A DNA stretch of 63,985 bases, counting the filler, from Dimargaris cristalligena (taxonomy: Eukaryota): assembly GCA_003614675.1 (NCBI GenBank). It is 5 parts of 5 records of this genome, joined end to end, with 100 filler letters (N's around TTAATTAATTAA, not from the genome) between each part and the next. Parts side by side here need not be neighbours in the genome. Positions count along the whole stretch, not along the records: positions 1 to 13,099 come from ML003004.1; 4 more parts are not named here. One strand, given 5' to 3'. How positions within the stretch are numbered: the stretch's first letter is position 1; each line of letters starts with the position of its first letter. The notes below the pieces were generated by a model. The model was not told where the DNA came from. It saw only the letters and a list, made by a program, of their open reading frames with translations, and made no database searches. The position numbers were made by a program, and so were the translations under genes. Shown here in pieces: positions 1 through 13,199 of the stretch.

Positions 1-1702
1 AGGAAATCCAGTAAAGCTATAGAGACCCACCGCTTTCTCCATCGACAACCCATTTAGTTTCTAATCGTCATCGCCTCAGTGTTCCACAATGACCGCCCAA
101 CTGGTGGCCCATTATTGACCGAATGCAGCCGATCCGCTGTCACATACTCCATTTATTAATATACCAATAAATATTAGTCATAGGTACTGAGAGCGAGACA
201 TAGTCGCTATTTGATGACACCATTAGTTAGCTAGGAGCTCCATGATGGTCTTTCGTGCCCGTTTTATCTGGGGCTCTGCTCGTAGCAAGGAAAATTACGA
301 GGTTGAGAGAGGCTACCAATCTAGATAACCGAGCTCTAATAAACTGTTCCGAATTTCAGCGAATTCTGAAATCAAGGTCAAGACGAGTCTCAGCCCCCCG
401 TTTATGGACTGCTCATGAAAGAAATATTCAAAAAGTAATAATTATGAGAAGCGTCGGCGAGGACAGCTGGCCACGAGTGGGTATTGCAGTCTCCACAAAT
501 CCAGCGCGTGGATTAGGAAGTATTACCTGAGAGTATAAGATAGCCGTCAGGGTATAAAATTTGGTTTAAAAATGTATGGATATGGTGGTGTGTTTGTACC
601 AGTAATTATAAAATGGCAAATTAAAAATTGACCCCATAAGGCTTATCTGGTGTACCATGGCCATACCTACTAGGAAAATAGCCAGCAGCCACATTTCATA
701 TACGTTTACCCGCACTGGTGAATGCCTCTATAGACAACTTTCTGCGCCCACAAAAACTGAGATTGGGTACCCAAATTCATTTCGAATTTTATGCATTGTG
801 ATCAGTAGGGGCAAATGTCGGAGCAGCACAATATTGATATGCCTAGACTTGAGGGTGGATTCGGTAGTAAGGGATTACTAAATTGTATATTTTGATGTAT
901 AACCTGCGCTAAAGTAGTTAAAGCCGATATATCTTTAATAGAACGGCAATTAAGACCTGGCCAGGACTGCTGCTCTCCCACATATGTAATACCTATACAG
1001 GCAGTATATGCTCACGTTTATTATGCCATTAGTTGACAAGGCCTAACCCGGGTCAAGCCATATAACTAAAATAGCTAATTAAAGTCCTCGCACTGTAATT
1101 AGTGGCTTGAATCATTGCTTGAAAGAAGTTAATGCAATGGGCTCCTAATGCACTGCATGGGTGTATAATTACTTCCCTAAGGTATGCTACCCGGCTCTTG
1201 TTTTGCGTAGATCCGCCTGTTTGATTACAACAAACCCTTTTATAACCCACCCTCAGTCGATACCCCGCACCTAAGTGCCCTTATGTTAATACCCCCCCCC
1301 CTTGTTCCCTATCGACAAGTCCCAGTGTAGTATTCTTAGGCAGGTCGCCTACTTTGATAAACTATGAGGATGGCTAACTATTGTAGCAGCAAGCTATAGC
1401 TTTAAAAGAATATAAAAAGGACATATATTTCATTATCATACTTATTATAGGCGAGTGGTTCATTGGTGTCAAAATCGGGCGTTCATTCACCACTTGATAT
1501 TCATTAAATAGAATAAAGGCGTATTAATAGCCTGATTTTGCTTTTTATTAGAATAAGTAATCCCATTAGTTCATTCATTAACTTTCATCCAAAATCTTAT
1601 ACAGTACATTGAATATCTCCCATCATAAGAAGTCCTTTGACGGGGCAATTTCTTTGGGCTAACAATCCCATCCACTCGATTCATATAAACATAGCTTCAT
1701 AC

Positions 1703-2833
1703 CTATACCTTGGCCATTGTTTTGTACTTATCCCGGTTAGTGGACCGCGAGCCGATCCCAGTGTTGCTGATCTGCTCGTATATCCGCTGCTTAAACATCG
1801 GTACGTTGACTGTCCGAACAGCGGGGTTAAGTGGAGAAGATGAGGTGGGAAGGGGAGCGTAGACAGCAGACCGGGAAGGGTCTAGGGCTTCGTGAAGAGT
1901 ATGGTGAGATGGAAGCTGTCCAGGCAAAGCTATGGAGGTCGCTAGATGTGTTGAGCTAGGTGCTAGTAAGGAGTGGTGATGACCGGGTTCGCTGTACATT
2001 GTGTTAGGCGATAGGTAGTTACCACCGGCGTTATGAACTGGGCCCACCATGGAAGTGGGCACGCTGGGCTGAGTGACCTCAGTTGATGGGGATTTGGCAC
2101 ACTGGTCAAGAATGGGCTGTAGGATACGACGTCTCGCATTAATGAACCAATTGCTAATCTGGTTAAGCGACAGTTCGGTCTCGTGGGCCAGCGCGATCTT
2201 CTCCTCTTCAGTCGGATACGGGTGTTTAACGTGCTCCAGAAGCCAGGCTTTGAGAATGGCAGTGACGGCTTTAGGTAGATTTCCCCGGCGCTTTTTCGCC
2301 CCTTTGTTGGGATGTAGGCCTGGGGTGGCGGTGGGGGCGGCAGCGATGATTGATGGACCGAGATTAGACATTGGGGTGTTGGTGGAAAAATGATAGGGCA
2401 GGTGGGGCCCGCCCATTGCGTAGGAAGGTGGCCGACGGATAGGTCCGCCTGAGGTGTGACTAGGACCGGCTTGGTGGGTCATCATGGGTGCACCACCCAT
2501 TTGTCCGTAAGGGTTGGTATAGAGGGCCTGGGAAGGGTCGGTATGGAACAACCCCAAGGCGGCGGGGTTGGCTTGTGTGAAGGTCCAGAGGGTTTGCCAA
2601 TACTGGGCATTCTGTAGGAGCATATCGTTGATGCGCACTTTAACCGACTCCAGTTGGGGGGTAGGGTCAAAGGAAGGGGTAGCGAGGGTGGGTGGGGGTC
2701 CCACAGACCCTAAGCCAGGCTGCTGGGGCGGGAAAGAGTTGAATAGCACGACTGGTTTGAAGACCCGCTGGGGATGGTTGGCGGGGGCCACGTAAGGGTG
2801 ATACCTCGCAGACTGATGGAGGGAAACCGCCAT
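1703..2833 (-). CDS. TALE-class (Homeobox_KN; MEIS/TGIF/Cup9-Tos8-like) homeodomain transcription factor
   Basis: 376-aa ORF containing KKRRGNLPKAVTAILKAWLLEHVKHPYPTEEEKIALAHETELSLNQISNWFINARRRIL, with the PYP loop extension and WFINARRR helix 3. The extreme 3' end (AAG|GTATAG) could be a splice donor, so the C-terminus is slightly uncertain. Confidence 0.93.
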   Translation of the reverse strand: MAVSLHQSARYHPYVAPANHPQRVFKPVVLFNSFPPQQPGLGSVGPPPTLATPSFDPTPQLESVKVRINDMLLQNAQYWQTLWTFTQANPAALGLFHTDPSQALYTNPYGQMGGAPMMTHQAGPSHTSGGPIRRPPSYAMGGPHLPYHFSTNTPMSNLGPSIIAAAPTATPGLHPNKGAKKRRGNLPKAVTAILKAWLLEHVKHPYPTEEEKIALAHETELSLNQISNWFINARRRILQPILDQCAKSPSTEVTQPSVPTSMVGPVHNAGGNYLSPNTMYSEPGHHHSLLAPSSTHLATSIALPGQLPSHHTLHEALDPSRSAVYAPLPTSSSPLNPAVRTVNVPMFKQRIYEQISNTGIGSRSTNRDKYKTMAKV

Positions 2834-5800
2834 TCTGGCAGAACTATCAGAATAGGCGCGAGGAAACGGGTAAGTATCGGCAGGGAACGGGGGAGGGGAG
2901 GGGGCTATGGAGTAGTACAGCAGAGGGGAAAAGTAGATCGCCCGGGTTAAATAGGGGGGTTGAAATAGAGAGAGTAGGAGAAGAAAAGCTATCTAGGTAT
3001 GCAGTTCTGCCAAGTCAACGAGGTGGCGACGTGCTCTGGTATACTAGACACTAGCGCGCGGGGCATAGAAAGACAAAGTTGGTCAAGTTTAGAAGGTTAA
3101 ACACGATATAAAAAGCCGGGGGCTAGGTTCAGAAAAGAAGGGGGGAAGGTGACGACGAGCTAAATTGCCTCGAAGAGAAAGGGCTTGGGGAAACTAGGGT
3201 TAGTGAAGGCTGAAGAGCCTGGTCCACTCACCTTATGATATCAGCCCGGTCTAGAAGAGCAACGGATCTCGCGTACGGTGAGATGTACCCATATACCAAA
3301 AAGGGATTCTTGCACTAAGTGGATTGACCGGGAGCGAGTGGAGGTTTCCAAATTAGTAAGTTGGCTTCGCGGGGATGACTGAAGGGTGGGGAAGGAGTTT
3401 AAGGGTGTGGAAGAAGAAAAGATCACGAGGTTGAAGAAGGTGGAACGGCGCGGTATAGGGAAACAGAGAGCTATCAGGCAGGGAGCGAGAACAATAAGCT
3501 AAACAGAAGGATATATTATTTAGGGGTATATTTTAAGTGGTATGAGCTTGCATCAAAAAGGGAAAAGGAGAGGGAGGAGGGGTACTGGGAATGCGAGTAG
3601 ATAATTATTTAAATAGAGAGAGAAGCCTAGACTAAAATGATATTGATTAATATAAAGAGGAGGAGGATACAAAGCAGGTGGTTGGATGCCAGGGTGGGGT
3701 GTGAAAACTATCTTGATGCTGGGAATAACACGGGTGTGTGGAGAAGGATGTCAGTGGTGGTATGGTGGGGGGTATATAGAATAGAACAGGAGGGGTGCGC
3801 GGACCTTTTCTAAAAATATGTATATATATGTGTGTATAGCAAAAAGCACCAAGGAAGAAAGGAGGAATATGTTTGGATAATAGAGGAACAAATGGCAGTG
3901 GATAACCAATCCAGTGGGAGGAGAGAGGAGGTCTAGTGAGGCGAGGAACCCGCAGGCAGTGACATTTAGGGGGAGGAAGGCGTGGCCGGGTGACAGCTGA
4001 CAGGGGCGGCGGCAGAGGGCTGAAAATATTGGCGGTAGGGTGGGACAGCGAAGGGGGCAGTGGTTGGTGGTTATAAGGTTGCACACAGCGAGTCAGGAGG
4101 TGAGGGATATGTTGGATGAAGGTGGTGGGGTAGTAATAAACAATACTAATAAATGAAAGCAGCGCGCACGCTCGCTCTCTCTTTCTCTCTCTCTAATTGA
4201 CAGCTGCGGTGGAGAAGAATAATACGCCGACGGAGTCAAAAAAAGACAGATATCAAAAAACGGGAATATACACAAGCAGCAACAGGTGCGAAATGCAAGG
4301 AGACCCTAACGGGGAGAGTATGGTGCAGGATATGCGTATAAATATAGTCGTGGACGAGGACGAAAAAGGACAAGTGAGGGCGTGCGAATGGTACGCGGAC
4401 AGAAGGATTCAACTGTACATGTGAGGTGTGTGTGTGTGTCTAAAGAGTCCAGTGGGTTGGCACAACAGAGCAAGGTGGAGAAGAAAAGGGGGGGAAGGGG
4501 CAAAAAAGTGGCTTCGACAACTTGGGGGCCGGGGCGTTGGATTATATACTTACAGAGGAGGGACATGCCTGGAAAACCACCGTGCCTCAAGCGATGGTCA
4601 ATCTATGCGCCAAAGTGGGGAGGGTGGTTGTATGCGCATATGCGTTGTTGGATAGGGGGATAAGGAGAATTATAGGGATAGCGTTGGAATTTTAGGGGGG
4701 GCATCCAAAGAGGCGCATATACACCGAAAACAACCCCGCCATGATTGCCGTTCCAATTGGTGGATGTGCCCCGTAGAGGTATATAAAAGTAAAATATACA
4801 TCTCTGTGATACGAACACCCCTCCGTCACAGAAATGCCCAAAGTGTCCGCCGTCCTTTGTCCCCAGTAACGCCCGAAAAGTCGCCAAAGCCCGCTCACTG
4901 ATTTAAGGCTACGCTCGATGGTTTGGCGCATTAAAGCCAAGCACCATCTGTTCGAGAGGCTGGCTGTAGCAGCTACCTCCCCTTCCTGTCCCTGTATTTA
5001 TCCACCCTGTGTTTTACATGTACCCTTGCACTTAATCCACGGCTATACTCTGGCCAAGGCAAATCCCCCCCCCCCATTCGGCTCTATACTCCCCGCCTAA
5101 TTTGACGTGATTGACGTGGGAGGGGAACCTAACGCGACCCACTCGTCCCCACGCCCTCACTTACATAGGCTAGTCTTTAAAACGATGTAAAATTGTATTT
5201 GAGAGTTCACAGTACGGTACGTAACATTCTAAAGAGCGCTGGGTAATGGATGTCGCTGGCTAGGAGATTACCCTCTATAGGCGTCTCGATTATAGCTGCT
5301 ATGAAGAAACTGGACAACAGGGTCGTTGAAGTTGGCAGAATAGATAGACCTCCCCCATACGGATCCCGATATCAGCTTGAAATCCATACCACCAGGTATC
5401 GCTGACCGGGTAATTAATTTGTTGAGGGTATTGATTGATACCGTAAACCATGAATAAGCTCCGTTTTAGAGGGCCGGGCCCAGCTTCTATGAATCATTGT
5501 AATTAGACTATCGGAACCAACCCAAAAAGGACTGGTCCCGCCACCATCTGTAACCTAAGAGTTATTTTTTCTTGAATAGCTACTTCCACCCACTTCCTCG
5601 CTCGAAAACATTGGCATGGTGGAAAGTGGTGGTGATGGTAATGGTAATGGTATAAAGTAGTGATTTTGAGTGGTATCCCTTTTGCATTGCTACCAAGACC
5701 ACACCATAGAAACAGAGCCACAGGTCGGTAATTTAAATTTAGCTTTTGGGGAGGGGGATTCGTGGCCCTTTGTCCCGAGTCACTTTACCATTCTATCTTT

Positions 5801-6440
5801 CAGCCCAGGCCTTCTATGCTTCCGGTGTAACCAACGGGTCCTCTCGAAACAGCCTCCACTAGGCTAAATGAGGGAATCTGACCTCTTTTTTTATTATTAT
5901 TATTTTTTCGGCGGTGGTGGTTCCACCCATCGTATATTACCCCTAATTTCGGATTCGTGCGTTAGTGGAAAGTGGCCGATTTTCCTTGCTCAATAAGCGC
6001 TTTGTTATGGCCCCAGGGTCCCACCAATCGAATGGTTTGATCGAGATATGCGTAGCGGTGGAACAACGAACGACCGGTCGGTCCATCCTGTACTTTCTCT
6101 CGTCGCTGTTCAATAGTAGCGCAGTAGAGAATATAGCAAGCGTTAATAGAAAAAAATAGGGTCATTAGTAAATAAGTTTAAATGTGATCCTGGACCAATC
6201 TAATAGCTTAGGGAGGGGTTTTCTTTTCATTGTTGGATTAGTGCTGGCAAATGGTAGTTGGGCAATAGAATTGCAGCACTGTCGTACTATGGGGCGACCT
6301 AAACGAATATCGGAAATAGCGATTGGGCAGTAGCGGTTACTCGATAAAAGCAATGAGTAGCCGATATTAGATTGGCACACCCCCTTATAGCCCCCGCCCT
6401 CCCTCCTTCCCGTCTATTATAGCCGCACCATGGACCGACC

Positions 6441-6584
6441 ATATGGGTGATATTCGGCCCAGCTGTATGGGGATTTAAATGATAAGTGCACGAAAAAATG
6501 GGTGAGTGATTCATTTCTAGCCAGTAGTATTTGCCTCATCCAATGGATTTTTCGTTATACAGCCTGGTTGAACCTCTCCCATAT
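6441..6584 (+). mobile_element. MITE family A, copy 1 (144 bp including ATAT flanks)
   Basis: ATATGGGTGATATTCGGCCCAGCTGTATG...TTATACAGCCTGGTTGAACCTCTCCCATAT; imperfect ~30-bp terminal inverted repeats; aligns to six other copies. Confidence 0.85.
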
Positions 6585-9500
6585 GGTTCACAGGTTTAAG
6601 CGGAGGCCACGAATAGATGGATATACCGGTAGTTGCAGGGTATCAAAAGAGCGAGCAAAGAGTGGTTCATAGTATCCTGTCAAACGTAGCGAGGGAATTC
6701 ACTCATATTTGAATGGGGCAAGTCCCGATCAGTGCTGGTGGGGCAACCCGCATCATACAATCGGAATATAGGTTTACGATGATACTTTATATCGATTTTA
6801 TTACAACATTCCAATAGCATTGTTGGCCTGGAAGATTTAATGTGACAGGGGCTAAGCCCGATGAGCGGCTACCATCTTTATGTAGGAAGTTGGTTAGGCT
6901 GACTAAATGGGGCGAAGGAGCGACAAAGACAATCCCCCCCCATAACATTCACTTATCTGTACAGCTCCATAAGCTGTGACCGTGTGGTTCAATCCATAGT
7001 GGATGGGGGAGGGAGGGGAGAGAGAGAGAGAGGCCCCCCTTTTCGAGCTTGGTAATCCTTGAGCATACTAAATGGACAATTGGAAGCGCCCCTCCCCCCT
7101 TCCCCCTCAATGCAATGTTTATCTACAATAAACGCCCCAGTTAGCGATTGGGCAACGGTACCTGTGGGTCATTACAGTATTATTTGCAGGGCTGATGCAG
7201 CGACCCCTTGAAGGGTTAATTGCCATACCTGTATAACTTGGATACTCGGTCTGTGAACGTGTGGTCTATTGGCGTTAGTCCAAGCCCAAAATGGTTAATT
7301 CTTCCGCCTATGCGTCCTCTAAACGATACCGGTTATACAATAATATGTTCCCTCTTTCCACATATGATGTCGATTACCAAAGATACATTCGGAATTATCA
7401 TCCGTCAGAAACCCAGCCTCAGTTTTGGTGGTCTTTTGTGAATTGGTGTGGGGAATATTGAGCCGCCGTGCAGGGTTTGAGGGGGGAGGGGGGTCACCGT
7501 GGAGAGGGCATGGGGAGACCACCCAGTAATTTAGGTCGGAAATAGCGGACTGGCAGCGCCAATCTCGGCCTCTCCTTTCACTAATACCAGTGAGTTTTTA
7601 GATTGCAGGATATGCCACTACTGAGACTGGTAGGCTGGGACTGGGCTACAAGGGAAAGGGGTCAAGGGCTGCACCTAGCGAATATATAATATCGCTGCCC
7701 CTATATTTACAGTCAATTACTCGGGGCCAATATATATACTATTTTTTGACGGCGCAGGGCAATGTGAAGCCACGGAAGTCGGCTCCCACACTTGGATTGC
7801 CAGCCGCCAACGATGATTGGGGGGAGCGAAGGAGGAGGTGGAACTGTCCCAGTTGCCCGCATGTGTCATAATAACCCGCTCATGGTGGACTGCCACAGTG
7901 TACTTGGCTCTAAAAGGGAGGAAAGTGGAGGGATTGTCAACCTGTCTAAGCCGACCCCCACTATTTGAGGCCCCGTATTCCCACAGACCAAAAAGATGCT
8001 GTGATTTGGCTTTATACGCCAACCACTGGTATTGCAGTGATTCTGGCCAAAATAGATAATTGGTGCAATTGAATCACTTCATCGCCCCGACTCGTCATGG
8101 ATTATTCCTGGTAAAACGTAGAGACCAATTAACTCCCAGCCGGACGATTCCAAAGCTCCAGGGGACGGGGGGGTTTCGGGATCAGGTTAATATAGTAGGC
8201 GGCCTATTCCAGTGTCGGCAGCACACCAGTGGTAGAGAGGAGGGAGGAGGTGTGTTCGCCTCGGTAACGAGGAGAGAGGTGTCGCCCCCCACAGCCCCCA
8301 CCGCTTTTATTATGCCTTGATGCGCATTTCGCCAGTTCTTCAATAAATACCGAGAAAAGAAGGGATGATCCATGGGCGATAATACTCTAGTGGGTAGAGA
8401 AGCCTTGGGGTTGGCAAATCAGGTTACATCTAAGAGTCCGCAAATTCCCAGCTGTCAAAAAAATAGCGGTCAGACGGAGCGCAATGTGGGGAATGCCTGG
8501 CCAGCTTTGGTAATTGCCCTAGCCAGCCGATTCGTCAAAAGGGTGTCAAATTTGGCCATTGAACTAACGGGTAGGTGCAGTATATAATAGGTCATGTCGA
8601 GTCGCAGTCAGGGGAGCTCGCTATTATCTATTACGATGTCCCCAGGGCTCTGGCATTGGCAGCCGCCAGTATTTCTGTATGTTTGCTTGCATAGGACCAT
8701 CCAGTAGACTGCCGGGATGGAGCAAAGGCGTACTTGAGTACTTATTTTATTTTTGGATCTAGGTCGTTGTTATCTAGTCCCGCCGTTTGTAGATACCGAT
8801 GGAGAGGGGGCCGAGATGAATAAAATTCACCCTTGGACCACCTTTCATTTAGGACAAGTGAACCATCTCAATTTGACACTAAACACGGCATATGACACAA
8901 TGGCCTGTGCATAAATACCCATACACCCAGCCTCCCACTAATTTCTCCCCCATTCTGCACTCGTATTTTAGTTACTTTAGCCTCCTGACTCAAGAGTATT
9001 TGATGATATAGTATCAGACATAGTAGTGTACACGCCTGCAAGAAAAGGGTGTGGTAAGAGGAAACCTCCATAATACAAATGTATATTACAAGGCCAACCC
9101 CGAAAATGGAAATTTTAGTCAAATATGCAAGAGGTAAAAAAATAACCAGCGGAGCCGGATTTTAATACGTTACACAGTGGGTGTGGTAAGAAGGGGGGGG
9201 CGACCGGTCCATTAATTTCGGACCAGATATCTCGTCTGCACAGCTGCCCTTTTCGAAAATGCAAAAGATTGGCAATCCAGCCATCGCAGTGGTGGTGAGC
9301 TGGTGGTCTACGTACGTGTGGGTGTGAGTAATGTGCACGCGTTGTGGGCTCTATGACTATGGTAGTGAGTGTAGGTTATATAGTGGGCGGATCGTTGGAT
9401 ACTGGGGCTATGGTCTGGAGCAACTCTATTAGTCCATATAGGTCCAACGAAGGGGCCGTCTTCATGGGAGCTGTGGCGATTTTAAACCATCCCTCTCCAA

Positions 9501-12500
9501 AGCCCCTAAACTGCACAGCTGATGCTTCTTTGTTGACGAAACCTCCAAAGCCGAAACAATGGCCGCTTACTAAGAGTTATGGGCCTGGTCGGATGGATCC
9601 CACCTTCGTTTATGTGTTGCCATATGTACCCAGTTGATACGCCCAAAAGGATGCTTCCGTATACCACCAACCGGGCCCAATGGACCTCGGCGGGTTTATC
9701 CGCTATTTATTTCTAGGGGGTGGACGGGAGATACTGAGTACCGGACGCCTAATATCAGGAAGGGGGTGTATATTTTTTGGTGAAGGAAGGAGGGGGTGTC
9801 AATGGAGGGGAGGGGGTTAAAAGAGGGTTCCAAACGCCCTAAAGTGCGATACAGTCTGGGTCAAGATTGCCAGAGTCATCCGTTTAGCGATTGCCTATTT
9901 TTAGTAAGATTATAGGGGGGAATCGGCTGGAATACAATTCTAATAGGCCATCTTAATTATGCGATGCCTCGACTGTGAATCCAGGGAATCTCGGTGTGTG
10001 GTGAACGACACCCGCACCACTACCACTTCCCTCCTTTTTATAAAGCTATCCGACGGTGCCAAATAAATCTAGGTCTTGTGTGCGATGGATCTAACTTGGG
10101 GCATGATTTGCTTAAGTATGGGCTGCTTAACCCTGGCTCCAAGGGGACGGCGGTCCAGTCGCAAAGGACGTCTTCCCTTTTCGGTACCTTTGCATTTCAT
10201 TAGCATCGCTCTCATGAATCCCCAGAGTTGCTTTAATTATGCGCACTGTAATGGCCGCCGGCCCTATCAGCCACTCTGTTCCCCCCCAAGTTCCTTCCGG
10301 ATCCCTGGGATATGAATTATAGCGGCCGAACCAGGGGATGCTTCCCCGGTATTCTCATTACCAGCTAATGGATAACATTATTTTAACCGGACTAGCTAGT
10401 CTCTTGGCACTTAATTGCTCCCCTGTCACCATCAATATGGGTGCGACTGGTTTCGAAATGGTATTCCATTTTAGTGCACATTCAGACACTCTCTTGGTAT
10501 TTGGACCACGCTAGCATTATATCTAGGCTGTCGCCCAGTACCCCATGGTTATTATGGCTGAAGTCCTCAACTACCATCACTTGGGATACTTGGCTCTTTT
10601 AAAAAAAAACATTATCTTACGATTAGTCACGTCAGCTACAGAAAAAATACAGGCTCGTCAAAGGGGGGTTTTATGAATTGGGCTAAGGAAAATTGACCGA
10701 GGGTTTCCGAAAAGGCAGTCATATTGGGGTAATAGACCTGGGTACTGCCTAGGGGAGTGCGTGTTAGATTTTGACATTTCGATTACACCTCACATTTCCA
10801 GCAACCCAGGTCGGAGTCACATATCGACACCCCACAGCCAAATAGTATTATCGCGTCGCTGTAGGGCGATCCAGTTATCCAGATCACTTTGTTCCTTTGT
10901 CTGGGCTGCGCTTTAGGTGAAAAATTCGGAGTTGGCGTAGTTGGTAAAGCTTATAATGTAAGTTACTGGTAGGACCTGGAGGTAGTGGACGGAGTCTCGT
11001 GGGGACACCCGTCACCTAATCATTGAAGTACTTTTGATGGTCACTAATGAATATCGATTTCTTATAGCTAGTACTTCTTGACAGCGTGGCTTCACCCGAA
11101 AGCTGGCGACCATAGTCCCAAAGCCGGAATATACACACCGCCCTGGCTATAACCGGTATATTTAATCATCAATAAGAGGTTATTTAATGACCGAGAGTCG
11201 AGGGGTTTCAACATGGTAGTGTACGGCGTAGGAAGCTCCGGGGCGTTCAATCGGTAGTGGGGAGCAGCGGTGTGGTTCGAGAGTTCGGAGTGGACTGGCA
11301 GATTTCGTGTACAGTAGTAGCCAGGCCATTCGCATGGGTAATAGAATTACCATGAAAGGAGGTGAGGCACTCTAACTCCCTCTGCAACCCGCGGAGGCCA
11401 AGCAGGATGGGGTCGTAGGGAGAGGTGTCGGACGATTCAGGGAGCATGGTACTACGTGAAATAGTGAGGTGATAAACTGTACTCAGATGGTACCGGGGTA
11501 GTCAGGCTAAAGTGGAAAAGGTCAAACAAGTGAAAATATGGCGAATGGGGCGACGGGGAATGAAAATGAGCTGTATGTGTTGGCATTAAAACTAGTATAA
11601 GTGAGAGAAAAGACCACTGTTTATTGATTGAGACTAATCGTTCGAGAGAGATATATATATCCCATAACGGGTTAAACTATTGGTTGGTTCTCTAACGGCG
11701 TGCGTGATAAAACCATACTCGAAATTGGGACTACTTTTTGCTTCCCTTAGAACAGTGTGTTTTCGAGTGCTTATTCATAGAATGTATCGTTGGCCTGTAT
11801 TTTAATTTAGCATGGTCCAAGTATAGGGCATAAGAGAGAGAGGGAGGGAGGAGGGAGCTTCGAGTTACCGCGCTAATATACGTTCACACTACTTCATTTA
11901 CCAATTGGGTTCCGACAGTGGCTGGAGTAGCTATTGGCCGTTGCCTGGTTGACTTTCAGCTATTACAGCGTGCAGCTAAGGGTTCCGGGCTTATATTTTG
12001 ATATACCGAGTATTATATTATAATGAATTAGTCAATTGTGGGCCGGATCCAATAACTGCTCCACCAGTACAGTGGGTCTGGGATTCGTACATTAGTTGTA
12101 GTGAGCCCGAATTTTCGTATTAAATACAACTATCATTGGCGACTATCTCCTGAATAGGCCGATGGACTGACACTGTGCCAAAATATACAAGAAGAAGCTC
12201 TTTTCGTTAATCTGAACTACAAATCATAAAAAAAATAGGAAACCATGTGGACAGTGGTTACAATCTGGGGAAGGTGTTATATTTCGGGAGACAATGGGCG
12301 ATTTGAAAGACTATGGTCCAGAGGGGTATAGCTCGATTTGGAAACTTGTTATTCAAATAAGTACAGGAATTCCAACCATATTGGTAATGTCGTAGTGAGT
12401 CACAATTTCACATGAAGAGTATGACCTTACACATTGGGACTGGGGGTAGAGTATGAGTTTCTATATTTACATACCTGTTTATTAATTACGGCGCTGGATA

Positions 12501-12968
12501 ATATATTTACAATTGTATAAGAAAACAGTACATGTAGTCAGGACAGTGGTTAGCATTATCCGGTAGTAAATCACTGTGTAAAATTACTTTGTTGAAATGA
12601 TCTTACGATCATAAATGTATACTGAAAAATATCGGCTGGGACTGAACACGTCGTTAGAGAAACAAAACCTGCCGTTGTATGGATCAGGAGTCCGCTGAAC
12701 TGGAATGATTGCTTAGGGATTGGTAGTATTGGGTAGTATGATATTGTATGTATACAATGTCTAATATGATGCGTCGTTTTTGGCAAGTAAATACTACTAT
12801 CAAGGTGAGAATCAACCAATGGAATCGTAAAAGGTAATAGTGAACTAGAGGTAGGAGTATGTATTATCATATAAGAATACAGGTAAGCAGGTGTTTAGGG
12901 AAAAATATATTTTGCAAAAATAGGTCACCGAGTTGGATAAGATAATATATAAAATAAATATCGCCCTT

Positions 12969-13099
12969 TGTCGCCCCTCCTAATCCGTCCTAATCCAACT
13001 GATATGACCGCCGTCATATCAGGCCATATAGCACCATATTGTACCCCCCTGGCCCTAACCAGGCCGAACATCATTGATAGCCCCTTAACCGGCCAGGCC
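12969..13099 (+). repeat. Repeat family B, copy 1 (runs into contig end)
   Basis: Closely similar to 26109-26238 (CCTCCTAATCCRTCCTAATCCAACYGATATGACCGCCGTCATATCAGGCC...). Confidence 0.85.
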
Positions 13100-13199
13100 N
13101 NNNNNNNNNNNNNNNNNNNNNNNNNNNNNNNNNNNNNNNNNNNTTAATTAATTAANNNNNNNNNNNNNNNNNNNNNNNNNNNNNNNNNNNNNNNNNNNN
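13100..13199. other. Artificial contig-joining linker
   Basis: N44-TTAATTAATTAA-N44; the core has stop codons in all six frames; identical at four positions. Confidence 0.97.

Noticed and set aside
11247-11447. 66-aa minus-strand ORF (MLPESSDTSPYDPILLGLRGLQRELE...)
   Set aside because: No recognisable motif, signal peptide or splice support; cannot be told apart from chance
13144-13155. TTAATTAATTAA palindrome recurring about every 13 kb
   Set aside because: Embedded in N-runs; a synthetic six-frame-stop linker, not biological periodicity
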